NCBI GenBank assembly: GCA_934503195.1
Contig: CAKSVM010000002.1
Span: 850 to 64,849 of the forward strand
Length of the DNA stretch: 64,000 nt
Source: an uncultured Eubacteriales bacterium
GTDB taxonomy: Bacteria > Bacillota > Clostridia > Oscillospirales > CAG-272
Direction: 5' to 3'
Part shown: piece by piece, positions 36,972 to 44,686 of the stretch
Layout of the letters: every line of letters begins with the position of its first letter
How positions within the stretch are numbered: the first letter of the stretch is position 1
The notes under the pieces: generated by a model
Seen by the model: the letters and a program-made list of their open reading frames with translations, nothing else
The model's database searches: none
What the model was told of the DNA's origin: nothing
Translations under genes and position numbers: made by a program

Positions 36972-38189
36972 ATGAAAAAAACCACAAAACTTCTCACGGC
37001 GGCTCTGCTTGCCGCCACGCTCACTTCCTGCGGCGCGAAGGCCGAGCTTCTCACTCCCGGCGCGGCTTCCCCGGTCTATTCAAAGGTCGACGAAAACGCG
37101 CTCTCCGACTTCTCGCTGAAACTCTTCCAGACGGCGTATGAGGAGGGGAAAAATACGATGATCTCGCCGCTTTCGGTCGCGTACGCGCTCGGAATGACCT
37201 CGCTCGGCGCGTCGGGTGAGACTCTCTCGCAGATGGAGGAGCTTTTCGGACTCGACCGGAAGACGCTCGCCGAAAGCCTTTCCTCGGTCGCCGCGACGCT
37301 TTCGGCCGCAAACGACAACAAGAATAAAACCATCCTCGCCGACTCGGTCTGGATCCGGAATTATGACTTCACGCCGGATGAGGATTTCCTCGACGCCGTC
37401 AAAAATTCCTACGCGGCCGATATCTTCACGGCTCCGTTCGACTCGTCGACCCGCGACGAGATAAACTCGTGGATCAGAAAGAACACCGAAGGTACGATTA
37501 AAAAGGTTCTCGACGAGATACCCGAGGACGCCGTGATGTACCTTGTGAACACGCTCTTCTTCGAGGCGGAGTGGGAGAATGTCTATAAGTCGACCGACGT
37601 GTACGACGGGAAATTCACCTCGTTTGACGGCGAGATTTCGGACGTGAAGATGATGTCGTCCGAGGAGAATACCTACCTTAAGGGCGAGGGCTTCACGGGC
37701 TTTGTGAAGTATTATAAGGGGCGGAAATTCGGCTTCGCGGCGATTCTGCCCGACGAGGGGAAGACTCCGGGCGAGGTTATTTCGTCGCTTGACGGCGCGG
37801 CTCTGACAAAGCTTCTCTCCGAGTGCGACCGGGGCGGACTTGTGTCTGCCGCGACGCCGAAATTCGAGTCGGAGTATGAAGCCGAGATGTCGGATATCCT
37901 CATAAAGCTCGGGATGACCGACGCGTTTGACTCCGATCTTGCCGACTTCTCCGGGATCGGAAAATCGCCGCGCGGGAATATATTTATAAACCGCGTGCTT
38001 CACAAGACCTTCATCGAGGTCGCCGAGAAGGGTACGAAGGCCGGAGCCGCGACGGTTGTCGAAATGTTTGACGAATGCGCGCTGGAAGAAGTGCGCGAGG
38101 TGATCCTCGACCGTCCGTTCGCGTATGTGATCTTCGAGACGACCGATTATGTGCCGTTATTTATCGGAACATACGAAAATTTGAAATAA
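36972..38189 (+). CDS. Serpin family serine-protease inhibitor lipoprotein
   Basis: Lipobox LTSCG. Serpin body motifs NTLFFEAEW. Reactive-centre-loop hinge EKGTKAGAATVV followed by DRPFAYVI. Confidence 0.88.
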   Translation: MKKTTKLLTAALLAATLTSCGAKAELLTPGAASPVYSKVDENALSDFSLKLFQTAYEEGKNTMISPLSVAYALGMTSLGASGETLSQMEELFGLDRKTLAESLSSVAATLSAANDNKNKTILADSVWIRNYDFTPDEDFLDAVKNSYAADIFTAPFDSSTRDEINSWIRKNTEGTIKKVLDEIPEDAVMYLVNTLFFEAEWENVYKSTDVYDGKFTSFDGEISDVKMMSSEENTYLKGEGFTGFVKYYKGRKFGFAAILPDEGKTPGEVISSLDGAALTKLLSECDRGGLVSAATPKFESEYEAEMSDILIKLGMTDAFDSDLADFSGIGKSPRGNIFINRVLHKTFIEVAEKGTKAGAATVVEMFDECALEEVREVILDRPFAYVIFETTDYVPLFIGTYENLK

Positions 38190-38193
38190 GCTA

Positions 38194-38222
38194 TTGACAA
38201 ATTCTTCCGGATGAGGTATAAT
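38194..38222 (+). promoter_or_regulatory. Consensus promoter upstream of the GNAT gene
   Basis: TTGACA (38194-38199), 17-nt spacer, TATAAT (38217-38222). Confidence 0.7.
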
Positions 38223-38297
38223 AAGTGTACTTTTATTTATTTTATTATACTTCTGGAGGAGTTATATGAAAACCGTAAAGCTCACGGAGGCGGCGTC

Positions 38298-38759
38298 ATG
38301 ACTATAAGAAGATATGAACGCGAGGATCTTCCCGCGATGCGGAAGGTCTTCCTTGACGCGCTCTATAAGAAATGTTCGCGCGATTATACGAAGGAGCAGC
38401 TTGACGCGTGGGCGTCGGGATTCCCGGACGACGATTCGCTTGACGAACGCTTCACCTCGTCGCTGACGCTTATCGCCGAAAAGGGCGACAGGCTTGTCGG
38501 CTTCGCGAATCTCGAATACGATTATGTCGATATGCTCTACGTCGTTCCGGACTATAACGGAAACGGCGTCGGAAGCGAGCTTCTGCGCGGTCTTGAGGCC
38601 GCCGCCAGACGAAAGGGAATCATCAAGCTCTCAACCTGCGCCTCGGCCACGGCAAAGACCTTCTTCACCGAGCGCGGCTGGTCGGTCGCGCGGCCGAATA
38701 TCGCGCTGAGGCAAGGGATAGTCCTGCAAAACTATGTTCTTGAAAAGCTGATGATCTGA
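38298..38759 (+). CDS. GNAT family N-acetyltransferase
   Basis: Start MTIRRYERED after a GGAGG RBS. Acetyl-CoA motif LYVVPDYNGNGVGSELL. Confidence 0.85.
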   Translation: MTIRRYEREDLPAMRKVFLDALYKKCSRDYTKEQLDAWASGFPDDDSLDERFTSSLTLIAEKGDRLVGFANLEYDYVDMLYVVPDYNGNGVGSELLRGLEAAARRKGIIKLSTCASATAKTFFTERGWSVARPNIALRQGIVLQNYVLEKLMI

Positions 38760-38767
38760 CATTATTA

Positions 38768-38843
38768 AGGTTGTATTCACGACGAAAAAGCCCATAAATC
38801 CAAGCCTTTTTCGCGTGAAAACTCCATTTATTCAGCTTATCCT
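38768..38843 (+). repeat. Short intergenic repeat (about 76 nt), copy 2, upstream of the SIMPL gene
   Basis: Near-identical to 19213-19288, in the same orientation relative to the downstream gene. Confidence 0.8.
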
Positions 38844-38859
38844 AAAGAAAGGAAACGAA

Positions 38860-39501
38860 ATGAAAACCATCACTGTCAGAGGCACCGGGACTGCCTCAAA
38901 ACACCCCGATAAGATTACGCTGACCCTTTCGGTCGAGGGGAAGAGCGGCGATTATGAGACCGCGCTCTCCGAATCGTCAGGGCGTGTCGAAAAGCTGACC
39001 GCCGCCCTCGCCGCTTCGGGCGCGGGAAAGCCGAGGACGACCGACTATGACGTCCGCACCGAATATAAGAGCGTCCGTGACGAGGAAGGGAATTATACGC
39101 GGGTGTTTGACGGCTACGTGTCGGCTTATTCGCTGACGGTTTCGTTCGGACTCGATATGGAGCTGCTGGCCGCGGCGATAAGCGCGGTGTCGGCTTCGGG
39201 AACCGAACCGGGTATCGGAGTCAGCTTCGGGCTTTATGACCCTTCGTCGCTTGACGCCGAGCTTCTCAGGGCGGCCGCCGTGAACGCCAAGGAAAAAGCC
39301 GGGGTTCTCTGCGGGGCGATGGGAAAAAAGCTCGGAGAGCTGATCTCGATCGACTATGATTTCAGGAATCAGAATCCGGTTTCCCGGACGAATATCGAGT
39401 GCGCGGCTCTTGGCGCGGCTCCGAAGCGCGCGATGGCGTGCGTTGAACCCGACGATATAGAGGCGTCCGACTCGGCGTCGTTCGTCTGGGAAATAGTGTA
39501 A
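38860..39501 (+). CDS. SIMPL (DUF541) domain protein
   Basis: MKTITVRGTGTASKHPDKITLTLSVEG is the typical SIMPL N-terminus. 213 aa from the ATG at 38860. Confidence 0.7.
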   Translation: MKTITVRGTGTASKHPDKITLTLSVEGKSGDYETALSESSGRVEKLTAALAASGAGKPRTTDYDVRTEYKSVRDEEGNYTRVFDGYVSAYSLTVSFGLDMELLAAAISAVSASGTEPGIGVSFGLYDPSSLDAELLRAAAVNAKEKAGVLCGAMGKKLGELISIDYDFRNQNPVSRTNIECAALGAAPKRAMACVEPDDIEASDSASFVWEIV

Positions 39502-39541
39502 ATTCCTGTTACACTATAGTAAACGGCATTTACTTTGTGAA

Positions 39542-39576
39542 AAATCCCCGAATTAACATCGGGGATTTCTTGCGTT
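39542..39576 (+). terminator. Terminator after the SIMPL gene
   Basis: AAATCCCCG-aattaacat-CGGGGATTT followed by CTTGCGTT. Confidence 0.6.
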
Positions 39577-39684
39577 ATGACGGGATAATATATGAAGCGA
39601 ATTTTCCAGGTCTCGTCAAACCGCACAAGAATAATGAAAAGTGTATTATCGGTGTAAAATGATTGTTAAATCAAAATTACGCCC

Positions 39685-39713
39685 TTGACTTGAAGAGGAA
39701 AAAGTGGTATAAT
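39685..39713 (+). promoter_or_regulatory. Promoter of the second SBP gene
   Basis: TTGACT (39685-39690), 17-nt spacer ending TGG, TATAAT (39708-39713). Confidence 0.7.
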
Positions 39714-39785
39714 ATTACCGTAAATCAAGGGACGGCACGGGCTGACAAACCGGGGTCTCCCGAAAAGAAAAGGAAAGAAAAGTAA

Positions 39786-41258
39786 ATGAAAAAGGCATTA
39801 TCTCTCACCCTCGCGCTCGCTCTTCTCATGACGACGGCCGCGTCCTGCGGACAGTCGGGGAACGGCGGAAATGAAACGACCACCTCGGGCGGATCGACGA
39901 CCACAAACGGCACGACCGAACCCGAGACCACAAAGTCGCTTGTCGATCAGCTCGGCGACATCGACGAGAAGTACAAGGGACGCACCTTCACCTTCCTCGA
40001 CGCGAACGGTTCGCCGTCGATTCACGTCAATATCCCCGGCGACTCGGAGACCGGCGAGGTCATAAACGACGCGCTTTACGAGCGTGACACTTATATGGAG
40101 GATCGCTACGGAATCAAGATCGACTACGTTTCGGTTCCCAAGGCATCCGACGGATGCAATCAGCTCAAGAACTCGGTGCTGGCGGGCGACAACGACTATG
40201 ACTTCGTCATGTCCTGCCTGATGGGCGGCGCGCTCGGAACGATCGCGACCGAGGGAGTTCTCGCGAACCTCATCGATGTTCCGCACCTCTCGCTGACCGA
40301 TACGTGGTGGAGCCACTATATGTACGAAAATCTCCAGATTGACGGCAAGATGTACTATACGACCGGAGATATCACGCCGTCGCTCTATCAGATGCCGGCC
40401 TGCGTCTACGTCAACCGCGACCTCGTTGAAAAGTACGGAATCGACGTCGACTTCTACAAGGAAGTTACCGACGGCACATGGACGATGGACGTCCTCGGCG
40501 AGGCTACGAAGGGTCTTGATCAGGATCTCAACAACGACGGCGTTATGAGCGACGATGACGATTTCTTCGGCTTCGCGCCGCAGATGAACACGCTTATGAC
40601 CGAGTCTCTGCTTGTCGGCGCGGGCGTTCCGTTCTGCACGGTCGACAACACCAAAGACACGGTGACGATCGGATTTGACGATGAGTACACCGCGAACGTA
40701 ATGGAAAAGATCGCCTCGATCCTCCCGAAGGATATCACCTTCACGCCCTACGCGGTCAACACCGGAAAGGTCTTCAGCGAGGACCGCGCGGTTGTCACGA
40801 TGCACTTCGTCGAGAAGGCGATCAACACCTTCAGAAGCATGAAGAGCGATTATTATATTCTTCCGGTGCCGAAGTACTCGGCCGATCAGGACGGCTACCG
40901 TTCGTTCGTGAACGCGTGGATCCACGCCTTTGTGGCAATCCCGTCGAACGCGGATCTTGATTTCGCGGGCTTTGTGACCGAGGCTATGGCGAGATATTCC
41001 TACGAAAACATCCGTCCGAAGGCGTATGACATCACCTATAAGGCAAAGGCGGCGCGCGACGAGGAGTCGGCCGAGATGCTCGACATCATCTTCGACAACG
41101 TTTACCTTGACTTTGAGGCGGTATACGATTTCGGCAACATGATGAACTCGCTCCACTCGGTAGCTGTCGGAGACGCCGGACTGGCGTCGACCGTAGCGTC
41201 GAAGAAGGACTCTGCAAACACCGCGGCGGCAACGTTCGTCAAGTCGTGGCTAGGCTAA
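39786..41258 (+). CDS. ABC-transporter extracellular solute-binding lipoprotein (paralog)
   Basis: MKKALSLTLALALLMTTAASCG lipobox, T/G-rich linker, 490 aa. Shares blocks with the 32656 SBP (e.g. DYDFVM, WW.., LNNDG). Confidence 0.85.
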   Translation: MKKALSLTLALALLMTTAASCGQSGNGGNETTTSGGSTTTNGTTEPETTKSLVDQLGDIDEKYKGRTFTFLDANGSPSIHVNIPGDSETGEVINDALYERDTYMEDRYGIKIDYVSVPKASDGCNQLKNSVLAGDNDYDFVMSCLMGGALGTIATEGVLANLIDVPHLSLTDTWWSHYMYENLQIDGKMYYTTGDITPSLYQMPACVYVNRDLVEKYGIDVDFYKEVTDGTWTMDVLGEATKGLDQDLNNDGVMSDDDDFFGFAPQMNTLMTESLLVGAGVPFCTVDNTKDTVTIGFDDEYTANVMEKIASILPKDITFTPYAVNTGKVFSEDRAVVTMHFVEKAINTFRSMKSDYYILPVPKYSADQDGYRSFVNAWIHAFVAIPSNADLDFAGFVTEAMARYSYENIRPKAYDITYKAKAARDEESAEMLDIIFDNVYLDFEAVYDFGNMMNSLHSVAVGDAGLASTVASKKDSANTAAATFVKSWLG

Positions 41259-41530
41259 GCGGGGAGCCCCCGCTGGCGGACGTCAGGGTTAGTCTGTGCG
41301 GAATCGGTTATCGCGGTTCTGTCAGGAGGGATTCAGGAGTCACCGCTACGCGGTTACTCCTTCACCCGTTCGGGCTTATCGCCCTCACCTAAAGGCGGGG
41401 AGCCCCCGCTGGCAGACGTCAGGGTTAGTCTGTACGGAATCGGTTATCGCGGTTCTGTCAGGAGGGGGTCGGAGTTACCGCTGCGCGGTCACTCCTTCAC
41501 CCCGCTCAGGCTACGCCTTCGCCTGCCGTG
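41259..41530 (+). repeat. Tandem pair (units C 41259-41394, D 41395-41530) of the structured repeat of about 130 nt
   Basis: Starts 1 nt after the SBP stop codon. Same architecture as 24111-24386: 5' hairpin GCGGGG-agc-CCCCGC and central hairpins at 41336-41360 and 41471-41495. Confidence 0.85.
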
Positions 41531-41592
41531 ATACTGCCGGGCGTTAGTTTTCGGCATGACGTCGCGAAAGAAACAGAGACAAATATTTTTGG

Positions 41593-41634
41593 AAAATCCC
41601 GGGGGCGGCTCCGGGATTTTTCACGCACTTTTTT
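41593..41634 (+). terminator. Rho-independent terminator downstream of the SBP gene and the repeat pair
   Basis: AAAATCCCGG-gggcggct-CCGGGATTTT followed by TCACGCACTTTTTT. Confidence 0.75.
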
Positions 41635-41668
41635 GTCTTGATAAGTCAAAATTCGTCGTAATTCCGGA

Positions 41669-41697
41669 TTGACAAGGGGCGCGTTTGGTAGTATAAT
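41669..41697 (+). promoter_or_regulatory. Consensus promoter of the MATE gene
   Basis: TTGACA (41669-41674), 17-nt spacer, TATAAT (41692-41697). Confidence 0.7.
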
Positions 41698-41795
41698 ATT
41701 CTCCGTAATTTTCATTCCGTGGGGGCGATATTATCTTTACCGCGAAAAAAAGAAAATCCTCAGTCGACCTTGTCTCGGGCGGCGAGGGAAAGGTT

Positions 41796-43199
41796 TTGTT
41801 AAAATTCTCCGCGCCGATTATATTCTCGTATCTCCTTCAGCAGATCTATACGATCAGCGACGCCGCGATCTGCGGGCAGACCCTCAGCGCGGATGAGGTC
41901 GCCGGGGTCAATGACGTATTTCCGCTGATGTTCATCTTCCTTCAGTTCGCGTTCGGCTGTACGGCCGGGTTCTCGGTAATAACGTCGCTGAAGCTCGGCG
42001 AGGGCGACCGGGAAGGCGTCCGCAAATCCTTCGCCGCTCAGCTTGTCTTAGGCGGCGTTGTGACGCTGATTCTGACCGCTCTCGCGATCCTGACTCTCGA
42101 TCCTCTGCTCCGCTTCATCGGGCTTTCCGAGGCGAATTTCGGCGTCTGGAGGGCGGCGTACGACTACTCGCTCGTGATCTTCATCGGAATCTTCGCTCAG
42201 CTTTACTATAATCTCATCTGCTCGGTGCTGCGGAGTCTGGGCGACTCGGTGACGCCGCTTGTCTTCCTCTTCATCTCGACCGCGCTGAATATCGGACTCG
42301 ATCTTCTCTTCATTATGACCTTCGGGTGGGGAGTGATCGGCGCGGCGTCGGCGACCGTGCTGGCGCAGGCTCTGAGCGCGGCGGCCTGCCTTGTATATAC
42401 CTTCGCGAAATATCCCGAGCTGAGGCTTTCGCGCGGGGATTTCGGCTTCGATCTTCCGCTTCATCTGCGGCATTTGCGGCAGGGGATACCGCTCGGCTTG
42501 CAGTTTTCGGTGCTGGCGGTCGGAATCATCGTGATGCAGTCCGCGCTTGTGAGCTTCGACCTCGGGGCGGACGGAATCATGGCGGCGGGGAATCCGGCTC
42601 AGAACGGCTTCGGCGCGGCGAACAAGCTGAACAACTTTCTGATGTGTCCGATGAGCGCGCTCGGGGCGGCGATTGTCAGCTTCAACGCGCAGAATCTCGG
42701 CGCGGGGCGTCAGGATCGGATCCGGCGCGGGACGATAAAGAGTCTTCTCATCGGACTCTGTATGTACGTTGTCCTCGGCGGAATCGGGCTTCTGCTGACC
42801 ACTGGCGGCGCGTATCAGTATATCTTCATGAGCGCGGACAAGATCAGCGTCGAGTCGATAAGGTTCGGGAACATTTATCTTTACGTGGATCTTGCGATGT
42901 ACTTCATGCTGGCGGCACTTTTCGTGCTGAGGTCAGGCGTGCAGGGAGTCGGGCATTCGGAGTTCACGCTTCTCGCGGGATGCGCGGAGCTTACGGCGCG
43001 GATTCTGATATGCAGTCTGCTTCCGGCGGCGGTGAACGGCGGCGCGATCGATTCCTCGGCGTCGACTCTGGCGTATGCCGCGCTCTGCTTCGGCGATCCC
43101 GGCGCGTGGACTCTGGCGGTTCTGTCGCTTCTCTGGCCGACCGGGAAGTATCTGCTTTGCGGGAAAAGGGCGGAGAAGGCCGGAACGGGGGAAAAGTGA
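41796..43199 (+). CDS. MATE family efflux transporter
   Basis: 12-TM profile. N-terminal LLKFSAPIIFSYLLQQIYTISDAAICGQ is the MATE signature. The start is uncertain: a TTG at 41796 with GAGGG 7 nt upstream, while homology-like sequence (VDLVSGGEGKV) continues upstream without a canonical start. Confidence 0.85.
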   Translation: MLKFSAPIIFSYLLQQIYTISDAAICGQTLSADEVAGVNDVFPLMFIFLQFAFGCTAGFSVITSLKLGEGDREGVRKSFAAQLVLGGVVTLILTALAILTLDPLLRFIGLSEANFGVWRAAYDYSLVIFIGIFAQLYYNLICSVLRSLGDSVTPLVFLFISTALNIGLDLLFIMTFGWGVIGAASATVLAQALSAAACLVYTFAKYPELRLSRGDFGFDLPLHLRHLRQGIPLGLQFSVLAVGIIVMQSALVSFDLGADGIMAAGNPAQNGFGAANKLNNFLMCPMSALGAAIVSFNAQNLGAGRQDRIRRGTIKSLLIGLCMYVVLGGIGLLLTTGGAYQYIFMSADKISVESIRFGNIYLYVDLAMYFMLAALFVLRSGVQGVGHSEFTLLAGCAELTARILICSLLPAAVNGGAIDSSASTLAYAALCFGDPGAWTLAVLSLLWPTGKYLLCGKRAEKAGTGEK

Positions 43200-43211
43200 A
43201 CAAACGGAAAG

Positions 43212-43234
43212 GCTCGGCTCTGCCGGGCTTTTTT
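43212..43234 (+). terminator. Terminator of the MATE gene
   Basis: GCTCGGC-tct-GCCGGGC (one G-T pair) followed by TTTTTTG. Confidence 0.7.
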
Positions 43235-43245
43235 GTATGGGACAC

Positions 43246-43280
43246 GAAAAAACAGGACCTTTCGGTTTGAAAAGTCCTGT
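43246..43280 (-). terminator. Terminator downstream of the prophage integrase
   Basis: ACAGGAC/GTCCTGT stem. On the minus strand it is followed by TTTTTTCGTG. Confidence 0.6.
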
Positions 43281-43361
43281 AAAATGGTCGGAGTGAGGTG
43301 ATTCGATGAAATGCCGATAATTCCTGACAAATTCGGGATTTCTACACGATTTTTACACGAT

Positions 43362-44498
43362 TTATTCGGAAAAAGCCGGAATCCGATCTAAAACCCTGAC
43401 CGCGCGTTCCTCTTCGCGAGGGTAAAGATGCGCGTAGGTCTGCCATGTCGTTTCGACGTTTGAGTGACCGAGACGGCGCGCGACTTCCTGAATGTTTATC
43501 CCCTCGTTCGCGAGAAGCGAGGCGTGCGTGTGGCGAAAATCGTGTATTCGGATATGCGGCAGTCCGGCGGCTTTGGAGTAAGTGGTATTCCGGAGTTCGA
43601 TTGAGGCGTCGCGAAGCGCACGAACCCCACCGCATACCCGGAAGTCCTCGGTGAAACGCGAATCTGCCGCCTGAAGCTTTCTCTGCTCGGAGAGGACAGT
43701 CATCAGCGGCGCGGGAATCTGAAGATCGCGGTAGGACGAGCGGTTCTTCGGAGAAGTTTCGACATCCTCGCCTCGGAGCTTCTGAGTCAGACTCCGGCGG
43801 ATGTGCAGGACATTGCCGTCGATGTCCGACCATTTCAGCGCGTTTATCTCGCCCTTGCGTGCGCCCGTGTAGACCGCAAGCGCGAAGAAGGTGTAATAAC
43901 CGTAGTCGGCGATGTCGCCGGACTGTGCGGCGTCATGCGCGGCTGTGAGGTACTTTCCGACCTGCTCGGCGGTGTAGAAGTGCAGACGCTCCCGCGGGAG
44001 ATCAAATTCGGAGTTCCGGAAGTTGCCGAGAGTCTTAAGCGGGTTTTTCACGATGTAGCCCATCCGTTCGGCGAAGCTCAGCATGGCGGAGAACTGCGTG
44101 AAGTAGTTCTGACAGGTCTTGCAGGAATATCCGCGGGCGGCGATCGAGTTCTTCCATTTCTGCGCCTGCGGGAGATCGAAGTCAGCGAGCTTCACGCCGC
44201 CGACCTCGGGCAGAATGACGTTCTCGAACATCTGGCGTTTCTTGTCGAGAGTCGTCCCGCGGAACTCGGAGCGGACAGAGTCAATATACTCATCGTAGAG
44301 CGACGAGAGGGTCAGCTTCTTTTCGACCGGAGACTTTTTCAGCTCCTCGGAGAGCCTGCGTTCGAGGTCCTTCGCCTCGGTCGCGCCGTAAGCGACGCGC
44401 GTCAGCTGGCGCGGCTTGCCGGACTGGTCGACGTAGTTGATCCGGACGCGGTACTGCTGTTTGCCGTCCTTTTTCTGGTCGGTTTTGTAGATCGGCAT
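43362..44498 (-). CDS. Tyrosine-type site-specific integrase
   Basis: MPIYKTDQKK... SAM-like N-terminal domain. The C-terminal catalytic region has ARKGE, HDFRHTHASLL, LGHSNVETTWQTYAHLY (R..HxxR..Y). The ATG at 44498 with an AAGGAG RBS is preferred to the TTG at 44519. Confidence 0.92.
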   Translation of the reverse strand: MPIYKTDQKKDGKQQYRVRINYVDQSGKPRQLTRVAYGATEAKDLERRLSEELKKSPVEKKLTLSSLYDEYIDSVRSEFRGTTLDKKRQMFENVILPEVGGVKLADFDLPQAQKWKNSIAARGYSCKTCQNYFTQFSAMLSFAERMGYIVKNPLKTLGNFRNSEFDLPRERLHFYTAEQVGKYLTAAHDAAQSGDIADYGYYTFFALAVYTGARKGEINALKWSDIDGNVLHIRRSLTQKLRGEDVETSPKNRSSYRDLQIPAPLMTVLSEQRKLQAADSRFTEDFRVCGGVRALRDASIELRNTTYSKAAGLPHIRIHDFRHTHASLLANEGINIQEVARRLGHSNVETTWQTYAHLYPREEERAVRVLDRIPAFSE

Positions 44499-44613
44499 TT
44501 TGTGGAACTCCTTTCGCAAAGTAAAAGTCCGTGAATTCTGCTTATCCCGGATAATGGGCGCGTACTCTCACGGACTGGCTGATATTTTTCGCGGACGTCT
44601 CCGCTATGGGTAT

Positions 44614-44642
44614 ATTATACACCTTTTGCGTGAGGTTGTCAA
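44614..44642 (-). promoter_or_regulatory. Consensus promoter reading into int
   Basis: The minus strand reads TTGACA (complement of 44637-44642), a 17-nt spacer, then TATAAT (complement of 44614-44619). Confidence 0.65.
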
Positions 44643-44686
44643 GATGGGGGGGAGCATTTTCGTGAGGTCACGAAGATGGTCACTCG

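Noticed and set aside
41709-41800. Possible A7-tract (41745-41751) frameshift or phase variation at the MATE 5' end
   Set aside because: MATE-like residues (VDLVSGGEGKV) do continue upstream of the TTG at 41796 with no canonical start. One extra A would link them to the GTG at 41720. However, that GTG has no RBS, while the TTG at 41796 has GAGGG 7 nt upstream. I cannot distinguish these without reads or orthologs, so it is recorded only as start-site uncertainty.
43200-43361. tRNA or tmRNA gene as the prophage integration target
   Set aside because: There is no cloverleaf-compatible sequence and no GTTCGAATC-type T-loop. The hairpins there are better explained as the MATE and int terminators.
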